From: an uncultured Bacilli bacterium
GTDB lineage: Bacteria > Bacillota_I > Bacilli_A > RF39 > UBA660
Length of the DNA stretch: 64,000 nt
Direction: 5' to 3'
Assembly (NCBI GenBank): GCA_947629935.1
Contig: CANRFQ010000002.1
Location: forward strand, 33,638-97,637
Below, piece after piece: positions 53,239 to 63,599 of this stretch (its first letter is position 1; every line of letters begins with the position of its first letter). The notes under the pieces are model-generated. The model was given only the letters and a program-made list of their open reading frames with translations. It was not told the origin of the DNA and did not search any database. A program made the translations under genes and the position numbers.

Positions 53239-53618
53239 ATCTTATTATCTTCTTTTTCTTTAAATTGCCTTAAAAGGCTATATAATTTATTTGGTAGAGG
53301 TAAACCTAATATCTGCCAATTTTCTAAAATAGAGAGCCCTTCATTCGCTACAAAAAAGTATATTACGACATTTCTGATTGTTCCCGTAGCACCCATGATT
53401 TTATCCACTATAACTGACAATGAGACAATAACTAGATACCCTATTTTTTTTAGTATTCCTTTTATGCCAATAATACTATCTAAATTTTTATTTTTGAAAG
53501 CCTTAATAAGACCCGTAATAACATCCAGAACAATTACCATTAACAGAGTTTTAAAAGGCATATCTAATTTACCAAAAAATTGGGATATTATAGATAGAAA
53601 AACATCAGTAATTTTCAT
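53235..53618 (-). CDS. Phage holin family 4 / toxin-secretion holin
   Basis: LDVITG, S.IG.KG..KK, FFVANEGLSILEN...LGLPLP. Confidence 0.9.
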   Translation of the reverse strand: MKITDVFLSIISQFFGKLDMPFKTLLMVIVLDVITGLIKAFKNKNLDSIIGIKGILKKIGYLVIVSLSVIVDKIMGATGTIRNVVIYFFVANEGLSILENWQILGLPLPNKLYSLLRQFKEKEDNKI

Positions 53619-53672
53619 TTGAATCCCCTACTATATCTTATTTCAAATAAAAAAATATTAGTGTGCTCAAAA

Positions 53673-53915
53673 CTAATATTTTCTTTTTCTAGTATAATTA
53701 TTTTGATGATTATATTGTTCTACAATCATTTGATAATTAACCCACCCTAAACATTGGCATTCTTGATTATATACTTTATCATAGTGCTCAACATGACAAC
53801 AGCCATTTTGACAATTTAAACAAGTTTTACCACGCATAAATTTTTTTATAATCTCTCTTTCCGCAAGGGGAATATTATAATACTCTATTCTAATATTTAA
53901 ATAATTGCTTTCCAT
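53673..53915 (-). CDS. Small Cys-rich hypothetical protein
   Basis: AGGAGG RBS; CLNCQNGCC...CQC. Confidence 0.65.
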   Translation of the reverse strand: MESNYLNIRIEYYNIPLAEREIIKKFMRGKTCLNCQNGCCHVEHYDKVYNQECQCLGWVNYQMIVEQYNHQNNYTRKRKY

Positions 53916-53981
53916 TAAAACCTCCTAAAATATTATTTTACAAAATTACTACAAAAGCAATGTTTGATACTTTTGAAATTA

Positions 53982-56225
53982 TTAATTTTTCCTTAATTGT
54001 TTAACATTTTCATTATTTTTTAATAAATTTAAAATTTCAGTTTCTTTTTGTTTAATTTCCTCGATAGTTAAATTAAAATAATTGGCTAGCTCTTCATAAT
54101 TATAATCTTCTTGATATTTTAAACGAATAAGCGTTAAATCTTCCGGTGACAAAGCTAATAGTGCTTGTTTCATATTTTGACTAAAGGAATAACTTTCATT
54201 ACTTTCATAATGATTATTCTCATCAGCTATAAAATCTATATTTAGTTTTTCTTTGCTTGTACCTCTATCGCTAAAGTATCTAGCATCATTTAGTGATATA
54301 CTACTATTTTGTTTCTTATATTTTTTTAAATAAGTTCTAAAATAACCCTTTACTGTTAAATCCATAAATTTAATTATTTGACCATAAATATTTAAGTTAG
54401 AGTGACTTATTACTTTTAAAAGATAATATTTAATTTCACTTTCAAAATCTTCAAAATTACTACTGTTAACTTTAATTTCATAATTATTACATAAGGAAAA
54501 TATTGTATTATAAATATATCCCTGTTGCCTTAGTAATATTTCTTTTCTCGAATCATATAATTCGCTTTTGTATATGCCGATTAAATCATATAATTCGAAT
54601 TTTTGGATGTCCATATTAGAATTTTTTAAATTATCAATTAGATAAAAAATATTTTTTATTCTTTTATCAGTAATTATTTTATAATTATCATTGATTTTTT
54701 TATCAGAAAAATACCATATCATATTAATTGCTTGATTATATGAAAAATTCATACCAATTAAATCATTAACTGTTTCCAAATCAATTTTTAAAAAATCACA
54801 TATATCTTTTATATCATTAATGTTATTTATTTTTTTTCCTTTTAACTTATTAAATATTTCATTTATTTTTTCTATTTGCAATCTATTTTCATATTTTTTT
54901 ATGGCTAATTCTATAATTTGTTCCCTATCTAATGAGTCATCTTTAGACTCTATTGTTTTTATTCTTCTCCAAATTGCCAAATAAGGATATCCATTTATAT
55001 CACAAAAATTTGTCAATGATTGATTATGAAAATAATATTTAGTTTTTACGGGAGGATGCTCTAAGTAATAATTAACAATCTGTTTTATTGCTTCATCAAT
55101 TGACATATCAGTATTGCCAGCGTATTCATATAAATATTTGGAAATTACGGTATTATAATTTAAACCAATATTATTACAATATGTTATAAGTGGTGTTTCG
55201 TTATAGTAGTATTTTATAGAAAATTTTTGATAAGATTCAACACATTCATCAATGATTTCTTGTAATGGTTTTTCACTTCTTAATTGCTTTCTTAAAATAG
55301 AACAACGAATCGAACTTGCATTTAAATTATTTTGCTCTGCATAATCTTTCAAAGGAATGCCTTTATAATAATAAACTATTCCATATCTATTTATGGTATT
55401 TATACCTTCATCAATTAAATCATCAATACTTTTAACACTCCCTTTAGCTAATTTTCTTTTTACAAAAGATACTACACTATAATAGGATAAATCATTTTGA
55501 ATACAATACTCTCTTAAGGTTATTCCTTTATATAAATATTTAGGTACAAACGGTTGATACTTTTCCATAATTGCTTCTATAAATTCATCATCGTTTAACC
55601 CTTTAAAATTAGCAGTATTTCTATATCTACTTATATATGTAATTATATTTTTATAATTTAAATTATTTTCAACACAATATTGTTTTAGTGGCATGCCTAA
55701 ATAGTAATATTTATAAATTCCTTTATGTTCCTTAGCTAAATATTGTTCAATCAGTTCTTCATCGGATAATTCTGGATTTTTTTCTTTTTTTCTATTAATG
55801 TATGTTCTAATAGAATTGTAATTTATTTCCGGATGACTTTCACAATAATCTTTTAAAGGTATACCTTTATAAAAAAATTTAAAATTTTTATTAGTAAATT
55901 CTTCCATAGCTAAAATCACTAATTCTTCATTAGAAAGATTTTTATTTTTCTTTTTTAAATTATTTATTCTGGATTGTATAGTTACCATATTAATACCATT
56001 ATCTAAACAATATTGTCTTAAAGATATGCCTTTGTACATATATTTAATAGCACTACCATAAGACTCTATAACCATATCCACAATTTCTTGCTCGGCATAA
56101 TTTTCATATTTTTTATTTTGTTTCTTTTTCCATATTTTTGCTCGAATAGTACTTATGTTAATATTATTATCTTTACAATATTTAGATAAAGGTATGTCTT
56201 TATAAAAATACTTACATTCATGCAT
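53982..56225 (-). CDS. Sigma-70-like protein with eight N-terminal tandem HTH-like repeats
   Basis: 8x KY.YKGIPL..YC..N.LNY..I...I; C-terminal SISLND..DFIADE...ALLALSPED..LIRLKY...NYEELANYFNLT. Confidence 0.8.
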   Translation of the reverse strand: MHECKYFYKDIPLSKYCKDNNINISTIRAKIWKKKQNKKYENYAEQEIVDMVIESYGSAIKYMYKGISLRQYCLDNGINMVTIQSRINNLKKKNKNLSNEELVILAMEEFTNKNFKFFYKGIPLKDYCESHPEINYNSIRTYINRKKEKNPELSDEELIEQYLAKEHKGIYKYYYLGMPLKQYCVENNLNYKNIITYISRYRNTANFKGLNDDEFIEAIMEKYQPFVPKYLYKGITLREYCIQNDLSYYSVVSFVKRKLAKGSVKSIDDLIDEGINTINRYGIVYYYKGIPLKDYAEQNNLNASSIRCSILRKQLRSEKPLQEIIDECVESYQKFSIKYYYNETPLITYCNNIGLNYNTVISKYLYEYAGNTDMSIDEAIKQIVNYYLEHPPVKTKYYFHNQSLTNFCDINGYPYLAIWRRIKTIESKDDSLDREQIIELAIKKYENRLQIEKINEIFNKLKGKKINNINDIKDICDFLKIDLETVNDLIGMNFSYNQAINMIWYFSDKKINDNYKIITDKRIKNIFYLIDNLKNSNMDIQKFELYDLIGIYKSELYDSRKEILLRQQGYIYNTIFSLCNNYEIKVNSSNFEDFESEIKYYLLKVISHSNLNIYGQIIKFMDLTVKGYFRTYLKKYKKQNSSISLNDARYFSDRGTSKEKLNIDFIADENNHYESNESYSFSQNMKQALLALSPEDLTLIRLKYQEDYNYEELANYFNLTIEEIKQKETEILNLLKNNENVKQLRKN

Positions 56226-56463
56226 AACAATCACCAAATTAATTGTACTTTATTATATCATGTATCCATTTTTTTGCAAATAAATCCATGAAAATTTTGG
56301 CTATTTCCATCTCATAATCACACTTATATTTACTATTATTTTTTAAATAGTTAAATCTTACCATAAAAAAAAATCAATCACCGATTGATTCTTATATAAA
56401 ATGTTTAATTACAAATATAATCTCGACAGTATTAACAGTCGTTATTATTTTTAAATTTATAAA

Positions 56464-57828
56464 TCACATGCGCCTGCCACCAGTATTTTGTTCTTCGAGT
56501 GGAATACCATTTATCATTTCTTGAATCATAGTATCTGCTGGTTTACTATGTGGATCAAAATTATTTTTTCTTGCTCTTATACTTTCATTATATTGCAATA
56601 ATTGATTATATATACTTTTATTAAATTCAAAATATGGCGTATTAGCAAGATACGCAATATATTCCATGGTATATGTTCCATCATCATTAAATTTTCTTTC
56701 TGGTCTAACACTAACATTGGGTTTATCAAATTCATCCCAAAATTCGTTTGATAATGATTGAGTATCTGGCTTTGATTGAACGATTGGTTGCTCTACAAGT
56801 GGCTTTTGTTTTTTGTTTACATTATCCATTATAAACTTATTTGCTTGCTCTAAATATGCTACGATTGTTTGTTTTACTTCAACAACTGATTTATAATCTT
56901 GTAAATTATCTATGATTTTTGAATTTATTTCATCATTTTTGGCTCTAACTTTTGATATTTCTTGATTAACTTTTGGTATTTGCATATATGGTTGTATATT
57001 GGCCATTAATATCGTAATTTGATTATCGTATTGTTGTATTTGTTCTTTTAATTGCTCTATTTGTTGTTGTTCTTGAATAGCCACTTGTTCTTCTTGTTTT
57101 ATTTGCTGAATTGCATTAACTATTTCTTGTTCTATTGAATTTAATTTTGCTAAATAGTTGTCTAATCTATCCATGGCTTCTTGGGTAATATTATTTTTTT
57201 GATGATAAAAATAAAGTCTTTCTCTTAATAATTCTTCTCTTCTTGCTTCAAATAAATTTGTATTTTCGGCTATTTTTCTTATATGGTTAAGTTTTTCATT
57301 TATTACTGGTAATTTGCTTTGTATTTCATTGTACCTAGCTTCTTGGATTTGTTGAGCCTTTTTTTGACTTTCCAATTCTCTTTGGAACACTTGTTCTTGC
57401 TGTTTTTTTACTGCTTGCCTATTATTATACTCTTTGATTATTTGCATATCGTCTAGATATTTTTTATGATTTTTTATATCTTGGACTGCTTCTGATAATT
57501 CATGAGGCATTTCTAAGCCTGGGCCAAGACCGTTATTGATTTCTTCAACAATTTTGTTAACTTGCTCTATACTATTTTTATAAGGTATAGAATAAAAACG
57601 ATATACAGCGCTAGTTACTGTAAATAAATCCCCAGCATTTTTATAATATTCATCTTGATAATCTTCAATTATATTTATAGGTTGATCATAGTTTTTGGGT
57701 TTAAAATTAGCTACTGCCTGTGCAATATCATTTACAGTATATCTAAAATGCACCGGCTGTGGGGGATTTTGTAATAAATTATTTAAATATTCTTGAAAAA
57801 CTTTTTCATCATCAAAAGCTTCTTCCAT
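56464..57828 (-). CDS. Gln-rich coiled-coil hypothetical protein
   Basis: GAAAGGTTGGTG RBS before ATG 57828; long heptad-like Q/E/K runs; ends GGRRM. Confidence 0.7.
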   Translation of the reverse strand: MEEAFDDEKVFQEYLNNLLQNPPQPVHFRYTVNDIAQAVANFKPKNYDQPINIIEDYQDEYYKNAGDLFTVTSAVYRFYSIPYKNSIEQVNKIVEEINNGLGPGLEMPHELSEAVQDIKNHKKYLDDMQIIKEYNNRQAVKKQQEQVFQRELESQKKAQQIQEARYNEIQSKLPVINEKLNHIRKIAENTNLFEARREELLRERLYFYHQKNNITQEAMDRLDNYLAKLNSIEQEIVNAIQQIKQEEQVAIQEQQQIEQLKEQIQQYDNQITILMANIQPYMQIPKVNQEISKVRAKNDEINSKIIDNLQDYKSVVEVKQTIVAYLEQANKFIMDNVNKKQKPLVEQPIVQSKPDTQSLSNEFWDEFDKPNVSVRPERKFNDDGTYTMEYIAYLANTPYFEFNKSIYNQLLQYNESIRARKNNFDPHSKPADTMIQEMINGIPLEEQNTGGRRM

Positions 57829-58302
57829 AAGCACCAACCTTTCTAGCACTACTATCTTTTATATTTTTATTATTCTTTTTATTTAGATTAAAAAGCATTT
57901 CTATTTTACTATTACGCTTTTATTATTAGTATTTTTTACTCTGCCACAATAAATATTCGCTTAACCTTTTGACCTCTTTACTTCTCACTACATTAATAGT
58001 ATCATATTTTTCTGTATAAAACTAAAAAGATTTAGTTTAATGAAAATATCTTTACATTATTCAACGATTATTTTATGATAGCGTCTCTACACAAGAACAC
58101 ATATTTTAAACTTATATCCTAACAAATATTAAGATAGAGATTTATTATTTATATTTTGAGTACATGTCTACTCTAATTAATGTTAAAAATATTGCGCAAT
58201 TCTTTTTACTAAATTTATTTTTCAATATCCAACATCTTTTTAGACAAAAAAATAGTTAGTAATAAATCTATTTTCTAACTATAATATATATACTAAAAAT
58301 AC

Positions 58303-59157
58303 TTACCTTCTCATTTTTTTATCATATTCCTCTTTCATTTTACTAAACATATCAATAAAAGATCTATAATCTTCTTCAGAGTTATTTCTATTTATACCAA
58401 GAATTTCATTAGAGCTTATATTAGTATTAAATTTTAGATATTGCTCAAATGCTAGTTCTCCTTTACCTGATAGTATGTTCAGTTTGACTTGAACATATCT
58501 CTGATTTATCATTTGTTCAAATTGAACCATATAGTTATTTTCAGAAATACCATTCTGAATTTCTTTAATTATGAATGGTTTATCAATATTTGCTATCCTA
58601 CCATTTTCTTTTTGCCTATCTTTAACTGGTTGCATAGCTGGTACTTCTAACATTTGATGAATAACTTCTCCAAAAAGTAAATTTTCTAACGTTTCTTTTA
58701 TTTGATTATCAGTAGAATATAATATTGGATTATATGGATCATATTCTAATTCCTCTGGTTCTTCTTGCCTTTCTTCTTTTTGTTCTTCTTGATTATCAGA
58801 ACCACTAATTAATGTAAAAGCAAACATTTCCAATGCTGATAAGGTTTCAGGTGATTCTTTTAATTGTTGCATTTTATATTGCTTGAAGTTTATATCTTTG
58901 CTTAACAATTTTACAAATCCATCATATAAGTCTACTGCTTGATCAACAGAATATGCACCTTTAGTTTCAATAAATTTATTAAAAATTTCTTTTGATCCAT
59001 ATCTTAAAATTTCTTCTAAAACATATATCTGAAGCATAGGCAATTTATATGTATCATTATCATATGCTTCTTGAATATTATTTTTGAATTCTTCATTCGC
59101 ATTATATTCCATTATAAATTCGTAAATTTCATTTGATTGAGTTTCATTAAAATTCAT
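58303..59157 (-). CDS. Hypothetical protein
   Basis: AAGGGGGA RBS, TTGACT/TATAAT promoter; ends KKMRR. Confidence 0.7.
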   Translation of the reverse strand: MNFNETQSNEIYEFIMEYNANEEFKNNIQEAYDNDTYKLPMLQIYVLEEILRYGSKEIFNKFIETKGAYSVDQAVDLYDGFVKLLSKDINFKQYKMQQLKESPETLSALEMFAFTLISGSDNQEEQKEERQEEPEELEYDPYNPILYSTDNQIKETLENLLFGEVIHQMLEVPAMQPVKDRQKENGRIANIDKPFIIKEIQNGISENNYMVQFEQMINQRYVQVKLNILSGKGELAFEQYLKFNTNISSNEILGINRNNSEEDYRSFIDMFSKMKEEYDKKMRR

Positions 59158-59328
59158 ATATATCCCCCTTTTTGTTTAGTTTTGTATTATACACCTTATT
59201 TTTCAAAAGTCAAGTTAATTCTAGATAAAAATAAAAGTAATAATGTTACTAAATTGCTAAAATAAAACTACTCGCAATTTAAATTTGAAAGTAGTTTTTA
59301 GATTATACATAGAATATGTTTCCAAGTT

Positions 59329-59886
59329 TTAATAATGAGTTCTTAATTCATAAATAATAATTTCTTCTTTTTTAATTCCAATTTCTTTATTAAAAAGCGC
59401 AAACTCAACAATTACAACTTTTAAATTATGAAATACTATATAACTATAAATATAATTAAAATGAGGGATTTTGTTTAATAAAGCATTATTAAAAATATCT
59501 GTTTTAATATTAAATTCTGGTTTTGCTAAAGCATCCCTAACTGATGCTTGCGGATCTGTAGTTAATATTGCATAAACTTCATTATTACTTAAAAATTCTA
59601 TTTCACCAACCAATAATTGATTATTTACATAATTTATAGAACTTACATTTATAGTAAATAAATTATAATTTTTTATTTCTTCGAAAACTTTATTAAAATC
59701 AACTTTTAATTTAAATATTCCACTAACCTTAGATTTATCTCTAATAGCATAATATTTAGCAGGATATTGTTCTAAAAATTTTTTAACTTTAGTTTCCTCA
59801 CCACTTTTAAACAGTTGCTCTGGAAATTTATTCAATCCTAAATCATTAATTACTTTAATACTTTGCAATTTATTTTCAATTATCAT
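59329..59886 (-). CDS. Hypothetical protein, possible ATP-grasp-like fold
   Basis: AGGAG RBS; YYAIRDKSK and IVEFALF...IIIYELR resemble ATP-grasp motifs of the PEP-synthase N-terminal type. Confidence 0.55.
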   Translation of the reverse strand: MIIENKLQSIKVINDLGLNKFPEQLFKSGEETKVKKFLEQYPAKYYAIRDKSKVSGIFKLKVDFNKVFEEIKNYNLFTINVSSINYVNNQLLVGEIEFLSNNEVYAILTTDPQASVRDALAKPEFNIKTDIFNNALLNKIPHFNYIYSYIVFHNLKVVIVEFALFNKEIGIKKEEIIIYELRTHY

Positions 59887-59995
59887 AGATATTTTTCTCC
59901 TATATTTACTATAAATAATAGCGTGTTTTTATTATAAAACTTGCTACTCTCAGACAATTATCACCATTTCCAAATCATTTTAAATATAAAGCATT

Positions 59996-60898
59996 TTATT
60001 TTTTTAAAACTCTAATCTTACCTGGAACTTTATTAATCCAATGTTCAATATCAGCTTCCATTTCATCAGTTAAGTAATATACATTTGTATTATTATGATT
60101 TTTAGAGCCATGAAAATCACTTCCTGCACTTACTAATAATCCTTTTTGTTTTGCATAATCATAAAGATGTTTTACTTCTTCATCATTTTCCGGTTCATTA
60201 GAAATTTCTATACCATCAATATATGGTGAGCATAAATCTAATATTTCATCTACGTGTATTCCTTGTGCATACTTATGAGGATGTGCTAAGAATAATTTGC
60301 CACCATTATCGTGTATTATTTTACTTAACACTTCTATTGTAGGCCAAACGATGCTCATATCAACATATAATGGAAAATTACTATCCATAGTACTTAATCG
60401 GTAAAAATCTTTTATACTTGAAATATTGTACTTATCTAAAAAGTTTTTATTTTCATCTGTTGTTTGTAACATTCTAAATACTGCAACATGCGCAAATTCT
60501 TTTTCTGGGTTATATGGAGTCGAATCATTTAATTTTAAATTTAATTCTTTACATATTTCAACTAGTTTGTTATATATTTTAGTTTGTCTTGAAGTTACTG
60601 TTCCATAGCACTCTTTTGCCCATGCCCTAACTTTCTCTAATTCAAATCCATAACATAAAATATCATAAGTCACATCATCAATTATTGTATCAGCTTCCAT
60701 ACCATATACTAAAGTTACATTTTCAACAATCTTATTTAAATCTAGATCTAAATATACATCACAGTTATCATGATCTGTTATAGATAAATAAGATATACCA
60801 TTAGCAAGGCATTCATTAACAAGTTCATTAACATCTAGATTTCCATCTAATGAATATTTTGAATGTGTGTGTAAATTAACTTTACTCATTTTATTCAC
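59996..60898 (-). CDS. PHP-domain phosphoesterase
   Basis: NLHTHSKYSLDG, SITDHD, GME, LAHP, GSDFHG. Confidence 0.92.
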   Translation of the reverse strand: MNKMSKVNLHTHSKYSLDGNLDVNELVNECLANGISYLSITDHDNCDVYLDLDLNKIVENVTLVYGMEADTIIDDVTYDILCYGFELEKVRAWAKECYGTVTSRQTKIYNKLVEICKELNLKLNDSTPYNPEKEFAHVAVFRMLQTTDENKNFLDKYNISSIKDFYRLSTMDSNFPLYVDMSIVWPTIEVLSKIIHDNGGKLFLAHPHKYAQGIHVDEILDLCSPYIDGIEISNEPENDEEVKHLYDYAKQKGLLVSAGSDFHGSKNHNNTNVYYLTDEMEADIEHWINKVPGKIRVLKK

Positions 60899-61059
60899 CT
60901 TTTTCCTTTTATTATTGTCATAAGAACAGTAAGCCTTTTTTGGATTATATAAAGCGTCCTTACATTCTCATTATATATCAATTATTTTTGAAAAAAAAGT
61001 ATTGAACTCTGTCAATCCTCTTAGTAAACTACATAAATATTTACTTATAAAACTTGTAA

Positions 61060-61175
61060 GTTATTCAAATTATCTAATTCAATATATTCCTCATCAGTTA
61101 CTTTTTCTAACTAAACATTTTCAGTTTCTTCACCTGGCACTTCTATTGCTTTATGACTAAACCAAGTTTTATTGA
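61060..61175 (-). pseudogene. Remnant of the C-terminus of a cupin-domain gene
   Basis: Translates TWFSHKAIEVPGEETENV*LEKVTDEEY, matching the cupin tail pattern SWFSHLAIEVPG....EWLEPV.DEEY with TGG>TAG; no 5' part. Confidence 0.65.
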
Positions 61176-61314
61176 TCAAATGACACAACGAAAGTGGCGA
61201 TAGTATTCTTTCTTTTTATTTAAACTTGTTTTAAAGAAAAAAGCAACAATATCACTTACGATTAGTTTAGGATATGTTGCTTAAATGGAATTTCAAAAAT
61301 GGGATTATCCTTTG

Positions 61315-61349
61315 CACACTACTAAGTTGGTTACCAACTTAGTAGTGTG
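61315..61349. repeat. 35-bp near-perfect palindrome
   Basis: CACACTACTAAGTTGGT-T-ACCAACTTAGTAGTGTG. Confidence 0.9.
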
Positions 61350-61428
61350 TTATTACTTAGTTGTTTCAAACTCGGTTTATTACCGAAACTTATTAGTTAC
61401 GAAGTTTTTTTGGATTATTGTTACATGA

Positions 61429-62793
61429 TTAACTATCTATTAATTGTTTTTTTAGGTCAATAATTATTTTATTATTAGTAGCATATTCAATAATTAAATT
61501 TCTATCAAAATTAGTTATTATTAAATTATAATATAAGTCTAAAATTTTATTTATTTTGTTAATATCATGGGTTTTAGAAAGCTTTAATTCTAAATCATTC
61601 AATAATTGGTAAGCGTTTTTTAAAGTACAATCATTATTATATTCTATATTAAGTATTTCATTTTCCTCTATTAAATCTTTTGATAAATACTTATTAAAGA
61701 TAATATTTAAATTTTCTAATTTTTCTTCTCCTTTTTTATATATTGCATTTTTGAACTCTAATTGTTCATTTTTTATTAATTCATCTATATCAATTTTTTC
61801 ATAGTAAAAATAAATATCATTTATATTAATATCAATAAGATATTTTTTTAATTCCTTATGAGCGTTAAGTCTCGCATCTATTTCAATAAACTTATATTTA
61901 TAGTTCTGTTCGTTATACTTAGTACCAATTATTTTTTCTAATAAAGTTTCTTTTTTCATCATGTATGAACTATAATTAATAAAGATAACATCTACAGAAT
62001 CATTTAATACTATTTTATCACCTAAAATATTATTTATTTTAGGATCTTCTCTCATTTTATTATCTATAATATTTATAATTAAATTTGGATCATTAAACTG
62101 TTCGTATAACTGAATTGAATGATATATTTCATGAAATATAGTATCTAATATTTTTATATTTTCATATTCTAGATTTATAACTTGTAATTCGTTTAACTGA
62201 ATTATATTTTTAGATGGTATATACCTCCCTCTTAAATTATTTTTACTTAATACTAAAAATGGGTCGACATGAGCTATTAATTTTTTATTAGTACTAATAT
62301 TTATATCATCAACAAGTTCTCTTTCAGTTATTTCAATTTCTTTATTCATAGTAAAATCTTCAATAACTGTTTCCAATAAGTATATAGATATTTCCCTAAA
62401 TAATTTATTTTTTTCTTCATTTTTAATATATTTAGATAATAACGATTCATCATTTAAATATTTTAAAATATAATTATTACAAGTATTAATATCTAATAAG
62501 CCATTAAAGTATTTACATTTCAAAATTGTATTTAATTCATTTTTTAAATTATTATCTGTAATTAATAAAGGACATTCTGCTAATTTTAATAAAAGTTTAT
62601 CTTTAATTATTTTATATTTCTTATAATCTCTTTTAAAAAGAAAATTAATTAAAAAATTAAATTCAATAGTACAAAACAATATTACATCATTTGAGTTATC
62701 AATTATATTAACAAACTCGTACAAATCATTATCTTCAAACTTTAGCTTATTATAAACATTAAAATATAAATTATTAATTAATAAATTTTTCAT
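61429..62793 (-). CDS. HExxH zincin-like metallopeptidase-domain protein
   Basis: LRGRY....NIIQLN...DTIFHEIYHSIQ...IEIDAR; ATGA overlap with the upstream DUF600-like gene. Confidence 0.65.
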   Translation of the reverse strand: MKNLLINNLYFNVYNKLKFEDNDLYEFVNIIDNSNDVILFCTIEFNFLINFLFKRDYKKYKIIKDKLLLKLAECPLLITDNNLKNELNTILKCKYFNGLLDINTCNNYILKYLNDESLLSKYIKNEEKNKLFREISIYLLETVIEDFTMNKEIEITERELVDDINISTNKKLIAHVDPFLVLSKNNLRGRYIPSKNIIQLNELQVINLEYENIKILDTIFHEIYHSIQLYEQFNDPNLIINIIDNKMREDPKINNILGDKIVLNDSVDVIFINYSSYMMKKETLLEKIIGTKYNEQNYKYKFIEIDARLNAHKELKKYLIDININDIYFYYEKIDIDELIKNEQLEFKNAIYKKGEEKLENLNIIFNKYLSKDLIEENEILNIEYNNDCTLKNAYQLLNDLELKLSKTHDINKINKILDLYYNLIITNFDRNLIIEYATNNKIIIDLKKQLIDS

Positions 62794-63130
62794 TTCATTA
62801 TACCATTTTGTTTTCTCCATTCAGCAATTTCTATTGAATCATATTTAAAATCAATATTAAATTTTCCATCATAATCAATAGTTAATGTCATACATTTCCA
62901 TTCATCGCCAAATGTAGTACAATAATCATATAAATTAAATAATAATTCTTGTAATTCTAAATATTTTTCTTCTTCTATACTATTATTAAATTTTTCATCA
63001 TAAATAAATTCGTTAAAATATATTAACTTATCATCTGAATCTTTATAAAAAAATTCCATATTTTGAATACTAGCATCATTTATTTTATTTATAATTAATC
63101 CTAATATCAATTTTTTGAAATTTCTTCCAT
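62790..63130 (-). pseudogene. DUF600/YezG-type immunity protein, frameshifted at an A-run near its start
   Basis: EWKCMTLTIDYDGKFNIDFKYD signature; ATG at 63130 reads MEEISKN* unless the A6 run is A7. Confidence 0.7.
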
Positions 63131-63599
63131 TTAAACACTCAATTGCTAGTGTTCCTATTTTTTGTTATTTTTTCATTCATTATTTTTTTATTTTCTTTCA
63201 TATCTTTCTTCCTTTCCTTGGTTTTTCAACCATTTCTTCATTGTCGGTTTCTATTTCTTCAATAACAGCCATTCTTCTATATTTTTGGCAAATTCTAATT
63301 GTTCTTGTGACGAAGCATTATCATAGCCATATCTTTTATATAATTCATAACTCATAAAATAAAAACTAACTTCACCTATTAAAATTTTTGTAAAATTCTT
63401 ATAATATATCTTTTCTTTTTCTTCTATAGAAATTGGTAATCATCCAAAGCACTTTCTATTTCTTTTGTAGCACCACTGGACTTGAACATCTGTATAAATC
63501 TCTTTTCATCAGAAAAATTCTCTAAAAGTTTATAATATATGACTCCATCATTTTCATGACTTAATAGTTTTTGAATAACAGATAATTTTAATTTTATTA

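Noticed and set aside
53235-53618. Prophage
   Set aside because: Only a holin is present; no terminase, capsid, tail or endolysin genes.
57900-58000. Riboswitch upstream of the coiled-coil gene
   Set aside because: No recognisable aptamer consensus; the short CAAA(A/G)GGTTAAGC match to ~33672 is too short to distinguish from chance.
63115-63357. 80-aa + strand ORF
   Set aside because: Phe/Ile-rich shadow of A-rich minus-strand gene fragments.
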